A stretch of 57,482 nucleotides of DNA from contig JAGAQX010000151.1 in NCBI GenBank assembly GCA_017622535.1, positions 1 through 57,482 on the forward strand. The letters run 5' to 3'. Origin of the DNA: Lachnospiraceae bacterium. Its GTDB lineage: Bacteria; Bacillota; Clostridia; Lachnospirales; Lachnospiraceae. The notes under the pieces were generated by a model. The model did not search any database. It saw nothing but the letters and a program-made list of their open reading frames with translations, and was not told where the DNA came from. The stretch's first letter is position 1; each line of letters starts with the position of its first letter. The position numbers were made by a program, and so were the translations under genes. This document shows positions 19,044-27,945 of this stretch, piece after piece.

Positions 19044-22000
19044 CTACATTTTCTCTTCCAAACATTTTAAATGTCGCCTTGCCGTATAACAGTTCTTCTT
19101 ATTCTCAATCGTCTGCTTATACATACTCATTGCTTTTTCTTTATCGCCCTCCAGCTCTGCAATTAAGCCTTCTGCAAGATAGTATTCATAACAATCCTGG
19201 TACTCACAGGTAACACATAGATGACAAGGTTTCATTTGTGCTAAATATTCCTTTGCAGTAGATATACGTCCCGCACACATGTGCATTACAACTAAAACAT
19301 ATAGAAACATACGACGATATCTTTCATCCCGTAGGATTTCTTCTTCTCCGTTATGTCTCTTTAAAAATGCTTTTAAAAATTGGTCTGCCCAATGCTTTGC
19401 ATGTTTTGCATCACCCTTTTCAAAACAAACAGTTGCTCTAACAAAATCTAAATGCTCCTTATCTTGTGTATCATGTTCATCCGAAGAGCTATGGGCTATA
19501 GAATCAAACAGTATGCGGTCTGCCTTATCCAAATCACCTTTATCACGATAGTATTCCGCCACATCAGAAATTGCTTTTGCACAAATTTGTTTTGTAATAT
19601 AATGCCCTGGTTCCACCTTAAAATAGTAGTCTTCTGCTTTCACAATATCACCCATTTGATGATAAGCTTCTGCAATATCACAATATAGCTTCTGTTCCTT
19701 CTTATCCATCTCCGTTAATTTACCAGTAATGCCAGATGATATTTTGTTTGAAATACTTCGCTCTTTTTTCTCTTTTTTCACTTCCTCTAGCATTTCCACA
19801 TAAATCTCTATCGCCTTATCATATTTTCCGGCCTTTAAATATACGTTTGCAATATCTCTTCGTAAATGTGTCGCCTTTGGTCTTATACGTATAACCTCAT
19901 AATACATCTTAACTGCCTTGTCGTATTCTCCTGCCAAAGTATAACACTCCGCCAAATTCAAATACGGTAAATGATCCTTATCTGGATCCATTGCAATCGC
20001 TTGTTCTAATGGTACAATCGCCTCTTCAATGCGACGTAGTTTTAGCAATGCACAACCAAGATTGTTGTATGCATAATATGCATCCGAATCCAAATCGATT
20101 GCCATTTTACAATCATCTACAGCTTTCTCTAACTCATATAAATCAATGTATAAGTTTCCACGTTCCACATATCCTTCTGCTGCATTTGTCACCTCAATAA
20201 ATCGTGATGCGTACTCCACTGCCGTTGCACACTGACTCAAATCATCATTTTCATTGCTCAAATAACTGTGGATATACATCATTCTACGAAGTGCCGGCGC
20301 ATATTTGGGATCAATACTTAAAATCTCTTTATAACACGCAATTGCTTTATTGGTATTATCCAATCTTTCGTAGGAATTACCCACTCTTGTTTTGGCATAA
20401 AGGTTATCTGGCTCCAATTGCACTAATCGCTCGCATATATCTAACGCTTCCTGAATGCGTTTTTCTCGATTCAATACATCTACCTTTAAATGTAACATTG
20501 TTGTATTATCTGGCTGCTTTACAAGATACTCCTCAATGATGTTAAGCGCCCTTGCGGTGTCATCCAAATCCCAATACAGAATTGCATATTCCTTTTCCAA
20601 CTCCGCCATTTCTTCTATATCTGTTTCTCGTTCCTTTGAGGAATAAATCTTATCACGCAATTGTTCCATTAACGCCAAGGCCTTTTCCGTATTTTCTTTT
20701 GAAAATGCTTTGTAATGAACACAACGAATCTCATACAAATCCAAGCTGTCACTTTCTAGTTCTAATTCTCTTGCTGCTCCAATCACTTGCTCCACATCAT
20801 CATATTGGTCAAATGCATAGAACACCTCTGCAGCCAACACATAAGGCGGTACATAAGCTGGATATATTTCAATACATGCAAAATAATCATCAATTACTTC
20901 TTTCGCATGCTTTAATTTGTAATGTGCTTTCTGCCTATGAACATAAGCTGGGAAGAATCCTCTATCCCTTTCCAAAATGGAATCACACATTTCGATACAA
21001 GCTTCATAGCGCTCTGCTTCTAAATAGAACCGTGCCAGCTGTTCCATATAAGAAAACTTAACCAATGTATTATTCTCTTCCTGAATTGCTGTCTCTATAT
21101 AATGCTTTACTCGTTCAATTATGGAATCTTTGTCATCCTTAGCTGCATTCTTAAATTCATTTTCCCAATAACAAATTCCGATAGAAAAATGCGCCAATGA
21201 CAAACGATTCTTTCTTTTTTGTGCTTCCTTTGAACCATCATCTTCGGACTGTTCAATTAGTTCTAACCATTTCTGTGCGAAAGGTAATGCTTCCCGATAA
21301 TGGTCACCTGCTAGATACAAACGACAACGAAGATTAATATAATCATACTCCTCAGAAGCTTCCAACTGATCTAATAATTGAATACCTTCCTCAAATTTCT
21401 TTTGCTGATAATAACACCAACCAAGCTTGTAGCACACGTCCGGAATCAGCTCTTTCTCTAACTCAGTCTCATATCGTTCCACCAAAACAAGATTGATTTT
21501 ATCTAATAATGTCAGACTATCTGCATCCTGAACACGGTCTTCTAAAACATCCTCAACCTGTTCCTTTGCCTCCTCTGGATTTCCTTCCAAGAACACACAA
21601 TTTGCCATACCTAACATTGCCGTATAATTCTTCTCATCTGCATCCAACAATGCCTGATAAATAGCTTTTGCATTCTCAATCTTACCATTTTCAATTAAGG
21701 TCTCTGCATAGATTCTTTCAATATACTGATTAGACGAATACTCAAAATCTAACTCTTCCATGATGGAAAGCGCAGCCTTTAGCAATTGTTTTCTTTCCTC
21801 TTCCAACTCATCTCTTTCCTGCGCATTCAAAACAGGTTCTGTCTGCTTTCCGTCATTCTCTTCCACTTTATTCAATTTCTCAGCTATCAACTCTGCTTCT
21901 AGTAGTATACAACGAGCTTCCTCTGTTTCAGTAAATGGATGCGTAACATCAAAGCGTTTCAATTCCTTCAACAACTGCTTTACCTTATCTAAGTCTCTTT

Positions 22001-22601
22001 CCTCAGAAACTGCCTTCAGCTCATATATTTTATTAATATAAGCATCTACATCCTTATCGGTTTCCCCACCGAACAATTCGTAATCGATAAATCCCGGTCT
22101 GTTAATCTGCCACTTGACAAATTCCAGATAATTTTCTGGAAACTTTTCTTTTAAATGCTCCATATTCTCTATGTATCCAAAGCGTTTGTCTACCAGCTGC
22201 CAAATACTTTGAGGCATATTGGAATGGGACATAAAATAGGCTAGTAGTTTTTCGCCAGCCTCTAATTCTGTATCGAGATTATCACATACGGAATCTTTCA
22301 AAAGTTCCTTCCATTTATCCTCCTGAATACGGGTCTTAACATCGCAATAAATGATATCTACTTTATCAATCCATAAATCTACATCATTCTTCTTACCCTT
22401 GAATTCCGGCTCTGTGCCATCAACCTCCTCTTCTGTTTCCGGACGTTTTGCATAAGCAAGTGCTTCCTCATATGCTTGACGTAGCTCCATAAAACCCTGT
22501 TGGTCATCCTCTGGATTAACAAAACGAAGCTTTTCTCGATATGCATTACGAATCACCTCTTCGTCTTTGGTTTTTTCTATCTCTAATATTTTCCAAATCA
22601 T
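19044..22601 (-). CDS. Giant J-domain / TPR-repeat protein (1185 aa) with NPE in place of the HPD motif
   Basis: The N-terminus WKILEIEKTKDEEVIRNAYREKLRFVNPEDDQQGFMELRQAYEEAL has the J-domain helix II-loop-helix III pattern. More than 15 TPR-like repeats follow. The C-terminal cysteine cluster is CHLCVTCEYQDC. Confidence 0.8.
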   Translation of the reverse strand: MIWKILEIEKTKDEEVIRNAYREKLRFVNPEDDQQGFMELRQAYEEALAYAKRPETEEEVDGTEPEFKGKKNDVDLWIDKVDIIYCDVKTRIQEDKWKELLKDSVCDNLDTELEAGEKLLAYFMSHSNMPQSIWQLVDKRFGYIENMEHLKEKFPENYLEFVKWQINRPGFIDYELFGGETDKDVDAYINKIYELKAVSEERDLDKVKQLLKELKRFDVTHPFTETEEARCILLEAELIAEKLNKVEENDGKQTEPVLNAQERDELEEERKQLLKAALSIMEELDFEYSSNQYIERIYAETLIENGKIENAKAIYQALLDADEKNYTAMLGMANCVFLEGNPEEAKEQVEDVLEDRVQDADSLTLLDKINLVLVERYETELEKELIPDVCYKLGWCYYQQKKFEEGIQLLDQLEASEEYDYINLRCRLYLAGDHYREALPFAQKWLELIEQSEDDGSKEAQKRKNRLSLAHFSIGICYWENEFKNAAKDDKDSIIERVKHYIETAIQEENNTLVKFSYMEQLARFYLEAERYEACIEMCDSILERDRGFFPAYVHRQKAHYKLKHAKEVIDDYFACIEIYPAYVPPYVLAAEVFYAFDQYDDVEQVIGAARELELESDSLDLYEIRCVHYKAFSKENTEKALALMEQLRDKIYSSKERETDIEEMAELEKEYAILYWDLDDTARALNIIEEYLVKQPDNTTMLHLKVDVLNREKRIQEALDICERLVQLEPDNLYAKTRVGNSYERLDNTNKAIACYKEILSIDPKYAPALRRMMYIHSYLSNENDDLSQCATAVEYASRFIEVTNAAEGYVERGNLYIDLYELEKAVDDCKMAIDLDSDAYYAYNNLGCALLKLRRIEEAIVPLEQAIAMDPDKDHLPYLNLAECYTLAGEYDKAVKMYYEVIRIRPKATHLRRDIANVYLKAGKYDKAIEIYVEMLEEVKKEKKERSISNKISSGITGKLTEMDKKEQKLYCDIAEAYHQMGDIVKAEDYYFKVEPGHYITKQICAKAISDVAEYYRDKGDLDKADRILFDSIAHSSSDEHDTQDKEHLDFVRATVCFEKGDAKHAKHWADQFLKAFLKRHNGEEEILRDERYRRMFLYVLVVMHMCAGRISTAKEYLAQMKPCHLCVTCEYQDCYEYYLAEGLIAELEGDKEKAMSMYKQTIENKKNCYTARRHLKCLEEKM

Positions 22602-22644
22602 ATATTGCCTCCTAACGTTGGATTCTTCACTTTTGTACTGATAT

Positions 22645-22683
22645 ATTGTACCATAAATATAAGACAGTAAAAATCTTTTTCAA
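22645..22683 (-). promoter_or_regulatory. Candidate promoter(s) for the J-TPR gene
   Basis: The minus strand reads TTGAAA (22683-22678), a 16-nt spacer, then TATATT (22661-22656). An overlapping extended -10, TGgTACAAT, ends at 22645. Confidence 0.45.
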
Positions 22684-22715
22684 CATTAATTTGATACATA
22701 CCAGAACTAGCCATA

Positions 22716-22755
22716 ATAATAACAAAAGAAGCGAAAACACACTTGTCTCCGCTTC
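22716..22755 (-). terminator. Rho-independent terminator after purE
   Basis: On the minus-strand RNA an 8-bp stem (gaagcgga/uucgcuuc, one G-U) with a 12-nt loop is followed by UUUUGUUAUUAUU. Confidence 0.55.
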
Positions 22756-22784
22756 CTTATCACCTATTACTCTAATTACGTAGC

Positions 22785-23273
22785 TTATGCAAACTTTGCA
22801 ATCACTTCTTCATTCGCTTTCATAGCCGCTTCTTCCATTTCTTTTCTCTCATCCCACAACTGATTCTTAATGGTCTCATGCTTACCAGCCATAATCTGAA
22901 GTGCGAGATAAGCTGCATTCTTACTTCCGTTAATTGCTACTGTAGCAACCGGAATTCCAGGTGGCATCTGAACGATAGACATTAGAGCATCCATTCCATC
23001 TAAATTAGAACCTGCGATTGGTACACCAATAACAGGGAGTACCGTTTGTGAAGCTACTACACCAGGTAATGCTGCGGCCATTCCCGCTGCCGCAATGATA
23101 GCCTCTGTTCCATCGTTATTGCATTCATCAATAAATGCAGATAAACCCACATGTGCTCTATGCGCTGACAAACATCTTACATTTACTTCTACTCCATATT
23201 TCTTTAATACATCTACTGCTGGTTCAACCTTTGGTAAATCGCTTGTTGAACCCATAATAATTGCAACCTTCAT
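22785..23273 (-). CDS. purE: N5-carboxyaminoimidazole ribonucleotide mutase
   Basis: Motifs MKVAIIMGSTSDLP and AGMAAALPGVVA are present, and the protein is 162 aa. Confidence 0.93.
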   Translation of the reverse strand: MKVAIIMGSTSDLPKVEPAVDVLKKYGVEVNVRCLSAHRAHVGLSAFIDECNNDGTEAIIAAAGMAAALPGVVASQTVLPVIGVPIAGSNLDGMDALMSIVQMPPGIPVATVAINGSKNAAYLALQIMAGKHETIKNQLWDERKEMEEAAMKANEEVIAKFA

Positions 23274-23376
23274 ATCATTAATCCTTTCTGCATGTTGTTT
23301 TATATGTAATGTGTCTCACCTAACAGTGCTCTTCTTCACATCAACTACATTAGTATAACAATTATCAAATCGACCG

Positions 23377-25389
23377 TCAATTATTCGCTTCTTTGTACTT
23401 CTCCTCAAACTCTTCGATTGGCATAGGCTTTGCAAAATAGTATCCCTGAATCAAGTCACAGTTCTGTGTTGCCAAGAAATCTACCTGTTCTCTGCTCTCA
23501 ATACCCTCTGCAACAATCTTCATCTCAAGCTTCTTTGCAAGCTCAATCACATTCGATACAATCTTCATTCCTCGTTCTAGTGAATCAGCACCTCGGAAGA
23601 AATCTGCATCTATCTTCAATACATCAATATGTAATTCCTTCAAGGAATTCAACGAAGAATAACCAGCACCAAAATCATCCATTGAAACAATGAAACCATG
23701 GTCTCTCAATTTCTTAACTGTATTAAGCAGCACCTGTTTGTCATCAAAAAAAGCACTTTCTGTCAGTTCTAATTCGATAACATCGTGTGGAATTTGAAAC
23801 CTATCCACAAGCCCACAGATATGTTCTGCCAAGTCCTCCCTCGTAAAATGTGCTCTTGAAACATTGACAGATATAGGAACAACCTCTTTTCCTTCTCCAA
23901 TCCATTTGGCTTGTTGCCTTGCAACCTCTTCTATCATATAATCGTCAAGTTGTAGGATAAATCCATTCTTTTCAAAAATCGGAATAAATCGATTCGGCGG
24001 AATAAAACCTTCTACTGGATGAACCCAACGTACCAATGCTTCCGCACCTGCCATTCGCTCTTCCTTTGCACTGTACTTCGGTTGCAAATACACCTTGAAT
24101 TCCTTATTCTTCAAGGCACGCTCCATCTCATCTTCCACCTTACGCTCCCAAAGCTGCTGCTTTTTCATTTCTATATCAAAAAAAGCAATTCTAATTTCTG
24201 CATCCTCATCTAATAAGGCGGTTGCTGCCATAGCATTATTGAATAATTCTTCAATATCCTGGCTACGATTTTCCACAAGACATACACCAGAACTAAAATA
24301 TAATTTGATGTTTGGAGTTATGTTATTCAGTAACTTTTCAATATTCTCAATTCGGCTCTTTAACTCCTCCACCTCATCATATTTTAATAACAAAGCAAAA
24401 TCCGCCTGTTCATAATGTGCCATGGCTTCTTTACGTCTTACTTGTTTTTTCAGCACATTGTAAAATCGTTCCAAAAGCTCTTCTCCGTCCTTCACACCAA
24501 AACAGGTACAAAAACTTCGATATTTCTCCATACGAAAATGAATTACAGCATAAAAATTGCGATTGCCATAATTTCTTTTTATTAACCTGCCACCTTTTCG
24601 TACAAAAGATAGCCAATTCTCACCACCAGTTACAATGTCTGTGTACAGCACCTTTGTTACCCTGCTTTGACTTGCAATCAAACCGATTATAGTAAAAATA
24701 TAATAAATGATAAAAATCACTAGTAATGCTGCAAACATCAAAGCAACAAATATCAATAAAACTACATCATAAGAATATACAGCAATATGGTTTAATACAT
24801 TTATCTCCATATCCTCTACCGGAAATACATACCACAGCTTTAAAGCTGCCAAAGGCACATATTTCTCTTCATTCGTTTTATCCAATTGTGATAATATAGT
24901 TTTAATATCAATTTTCTTTAGAAATCCTTTATTTACAGAATATTCATCACCTTGTTTTACAACCACATTCTGTTCATCTTCTTCAATTATTATGTCATAG
25001 TCAACATAGCCATTTTCCTCATTGAATAATTCCATATATGTTAGTCGAACACTCTGATCCGGATATCTTCCATTACTAGACCATTCTTCCTCGCCTGCAC
25101 GAACAATACTCACCGCTTCTACTTCATCGTTCAAAGCAATATCGGTTAGTATTCCCTCATAGGATTGTTCTAAGTTCTCAACATTCGGTTCCACATGTCT
25201 TCTAACAATATGACTAGACGCTTCATAACTACTGGTAATCTTATCATCAACCACATCTACTACACTAGTTACTAACACTATTAACATAAACACAAAGAAT
25301 ACGGATGCAATTAGGAAAAGACCCAAAATAGATGGCCATATTCTTTTTCGTTTTAATTTTTTAATTCTTTTATCTTTTGATTTACTCAT
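23377..25389 (-). CDS. Membrane sensor with degenerate GGDEF and intact EAL phosphodiesterase
   Basis: Two TM helices flank an extracytoplasmic domain of about 170 aa. The GGDEF position reads EQADF. EAL motifs are EALVRW, ELTES, DDFGAGYSSL, KIDADF, EGIES and QGYYF. Confidence 0.85.
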   Translation of the reverse strand: MSKSKDKRIKKLKRKRIWPSILGLFLIASVFFVFMLIVLVTSVVDVVDDKITSSYEASSHIVRRHVEPNVENLEQSYEGILTDIALNDEVEAVSIVRAGEEEWSSNGRYPDQSVRLTYMELFNEENGYVDYDIIIEEDEQNVVVKQGDEYSVNKGFLKKIDIKTILSQLDKTNEEKYVPLAALKLWYVFPVEDMEINVLNHIAVYSYDVVLLIFVALMFAALLVIFIIYYIFTIIGLIASQSRVTKVLYTDIVTGGENWLSFVRKGGRLIKRNYGNRNFYAVIHFRMEKYRSFCTCFGVKDGEELLERFYNVLKKQVRRKEAMAHYEQADFALLLKYDEVEELKSRIENIEKLLNNITPNIKLYFSSGVCLVENRSQDIEELFNNAMAATALLDEDAEIRIAFFDIEMKKQQLWERKVEDEMERALKNKEFKVYLQPKYSAKEERMAGAEALVRWVHPVEGFIPPNRFIPIFEKNGFILQLDDYMIEEVARQQAKWIGEGKEVVPISVNVSRAHFTREDLAEHICGLVDRFQIPHDVIELELTESAFFDDKQVLLNTVKKLRDHGFIVSMDDFGAGYSSLNSLKELHIDVLKIDADFFRGADSLERGMKIVSNVIELAKKLEMKIVAEGIESREQVDFLATQNCDLIQGYYFAKPMPIEEFEEKYKEANN

Positions 25390-25406
25390 ATATCCCTCAA
25401 ACTCTT

Positions 25407-26483
25407 TTAATCTTCATACACTACAACTCGATTTCTTCCTTCTGTTTTAGCTCGATACAGCGCTTTATCTGCACATTCAATTGCACTATGATAATTGCCA
25501 CCTTTGTATGCAGCTACACCGATTGAAGCAGTAATTGGGCATATCGAATTATCACTTGCCTCAATATTTACACGAAGCTTCTCGGCAATCGTTGCGCCAA
25601 TTTCAATATCACAGCCAGAAAGAATAATCAAAAATTCCTCACCGCCCCAGCGAATGATGTAATCCGTTGAACGTACCGATTGGCTTATCACTTTAACTGT
25701 ATGTTTCAACACAACATCTCCAGACTCATGACCGTATTGATCATTGACATTTTTGAAGAAATCTAAATCTACAATCAAGAAAGCTACTGGTACCTCTGAA
25801 GCTATATTCAGTTCTTCCGTAATAGGGTCACTAATCTTTTTTAACTTGTTACGATTAAACACACCTGTCAGTTGATCATGTACCACTAAAGTTTCCAACT
25901 GCTCTGTCACCAAATAGTGATCAAGATAAACCTTTTCCATTGTATAATGCATGACACAAACAGCCACAATACACGGAACATTAAACATAAGCATCATTGC
26001 TACATTGTCATATCTTATAAATATATTAGCAATTAATATATCAACTGCTAAACCACAATGTGCAATCAAGGCATATTTGTAAGGGGCGCAAAATCCAACA
26101 CATACAAATATCAAGTTCATGATAATCATGCCTTCACCTGCATATTCCCTGTCAGGCAATATATAGGTTGCCCAGTCTGTGCACCATATAATGATATGTA
26201 CCATCAGGTAGGAAGCAATTACCATTAATTTGTAGCCCTTATTCTGTTTATATAAATACATAAACGCCAACAAAGGCAAAATTACAATCAAACGTGATAA
26301 CAATGTCTCATGTGCAAATCTACCGAATATTCCACAATCGGTAAAGAAAAAAGTCAAATACGCAACGGTTGCGATAATCAAAACTCCACGGTTAAATGAT
26401 TTGTAATAATCATACTTTGATTGATAAAATTCTACTTGTTGCTCAGTCGATAACTGTTTTGCCTTTGTAATCATTTGTTCCAT
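25407..26483 (-). CDS. Membrane diguanylate cyclase (GGEEF, with RxxD I-site)
   Basis: An N-terminal domain of about 6 TM helices is followed by a GGDEF domain (RWGGEEFLIIL). RSTD lies five residues upstream of GGEEF. A 17-nt gap separates it from the downstream EAL gene. Confidence 0.88.
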   Translation of the reverse strand: MEQMITKAKQLSTEQQVEFYQSKYDYYKSFNRGVLIIATVAYLTFFFTDCGIFGRFAHETLLSRLIVILPLLAFMYLYKQNKGYKLMVIASYLMVHIIIWCTDWATYILPDREYAGEGMIIMNLIFVCVGFCAPYKYALIAHCGLAVDILIANIFIRYDNVAMMLMFNVPCIVAVCVMHYTMEKVYLDHYLVTEQLETLVVHDQLTGVFNRNKLKKISDPITEELNIASEVPVAFLIVDLDFFKNVNDQYGHESGDVVLKHTVKVISQSVRSTDYIIRWGGEEFLIILSGCDIEIGATIAEKLRVNIEASDNSICPITASIGVAAYKGGNYHSAIECADKALYRAKTEGRNRVVVYED

Positions 26484-26566
26484 CCTGCATCCCCCAATAA
26501 AATATTTGCATATTATTATACCAGTTTTCTCTATTGTGTATCAAGTGAATTCAGGAAACTCCTCCA

Positions 26567-27607
26567 TTATTCTTCTTCCTGCCAATACTCTCGGAGATTA
26601 ATTCCTGTTGTGTCCTTAATAAACGGTGTTTCAAAATGATTATAAAAATATGCATCCATCGGTGTTTCCACACCATCTTTTAGGTAGTAATATCCAACTT
26701 TGCCATCTTCGTACTCGTACCCAACAAAATCATAGGAAATTTCATAAGTAGAACCATCGACTCCCACAAAGGAATAATGGTTTTTATCGCCTTCCACTGA
26801 ATAACCTTCTCTAACCAAAACTTCATATAGCGTAGAAAAGCTCACACCATATGAAAATCGACTGGCTACTAGGTCATCATAATACTCATAAGGACCATCC
26901 TCTGATTTCGCCACCCCCAAACGGTATTTACTATTGGCAACCACTTCTTCGATTTCTTCTTCTGTAAACTCTTTCAAACAGTTTTCCAGCCCAAAATCCA
27001 ATGCGGTCAAAAGGAAGTTCTCTTCTGCTTCCTCATACATCTCTTCGACAAACTCGATAGCCGTATCTCGATAATCCCCTGAATCCATTTCATAACCTTC
27101 TACCGCATCGCGGAACGGAATATCCATCATGAAATGGACACTGACCTTCACTTTATGATCCAAATATTCATCCAAAAATGCATTGGTTTCATTAAACAGT
27201 TCCTGTAATTCTCTTCTACTACTATATTTTCCCTTAATGATAGCACGACATAATCCGTATTGCGTTTTGGTTTCTAGAGACAAACTCTCAGAATCATACT
27301 GTTCAAACGCCTGCGCTAATCGGACATCCTCATAATCACCAATCAAATTATTTCCAGGAAACAACGAATCCGCCTGAAAATCATCCAAAACACGAAACTT
27401 CATGCTATGTTTTTTGTCCGTCACTGTCCATATGTAATCTGTACTGTCATTTTCATCCTTGATTGCTTCTGGTTCCTGTTCTACCGAAACAGACTTCAAG
27501 CCATATTCAGTTTTCACATATTCCTTGATATCGTTCTTATCGTAATCTTTTCTACAACCACACAAACATATGATGCAGAGTATTACGATTAACATTATTC
27601 TTTTCAT
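26567..27607 (-). CDS. Lipoprotein of unknown function
   Basis: The likely start is ATG 27607 (MKRIMLIVILCIICLCGC lipobox), preceded by AGGAGG. The track ORF extends to 27628. Confidence 0.7.
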   Translation of the reverse strand: MKRIMLIVILCIICLCGCRKDYDKNDIKEYVKTEYGLKSVSVEQEPEAIKDENDSTDYIWTVTDKKHSMKFRVLDDFQADSLFPGNNLIGDYEDVRLAQAFEQYDSESLSLETKTQYGLCRAIIKGKYSSRRELQELFNETNAFLDEYLDHKVKVSVHFMMDIPFRDAVEGYEMDSGDYRDTAIEFVEEMYEEAEENFLLTALDFGLENCLKEFTEEEIEEVVANSKYRLGVAKSEDGPYEYYDDLVASRFSYGVSFSTLYEVLVREGYSVEGDKNHYSFVGVDGSTYEISYDFVGYEYEDGKVGYYYLKDGVETPMDAYFYNHFETPFIKDTTGINLREYWQEEE

Positions 27608-27945
27608 TTGATACCTCCTAATTACCATCCATACTTTTCTAAATCTAGTTATATATTAGTCATTGAACAATATAATTGCCCCTGGTTTCATTCGCCAATT
27701 TTCTATGTATAATGTGCTATCAAAATTTAGCACTATTTTGTAATTATATCAGATACTAAGAAAATTGTATCTAATATTTGATAAAATATGCTCTTAAGTA
27801 TTACCTTTTGAATCAAAATTGATTGCCAAAAATTGCTTACAATGTTATGGTGTATCTATTGTTATTAAATAACAACCATTCAGAGATGCCTTCAATAGTG
27901 CTTACTCTGAATAATGAACAGTACAAATGAAGAGAGGCTAGAATA

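Noticed and set aside
23274-23376. A purine or ZTP riboswitch expected upstream of purE; the purM leader 15205-15427 was also checked.
   Set aside because: I could not find the conserved purine-riboswitch junction strings (UAUAAU...AUAUGG...GUUUCUACC...CCGUAAAU) or the ZTP core (CGUGACUGGCG ... CCGCCUGGGC) on the relevant strand. The 103-nt purE leader is also too short. This needs cmscan to be certain.
27629-27945. The 317-nt intergenic region upstream of the CoA-transferase gene, examined for a riboswitch or sRNA. It contains a TATAAT box with an adjacent TG near 27705-27712, a 6-bp hairpin at about 27714-27733, and an 8-bp hairpin at about 27880-27914.
   Set aside because: Only short, weak hairpins and ambiguous promoter hexamers are present, and no recognisable riboswitch core. 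The evidence is insufficient to call a feature.
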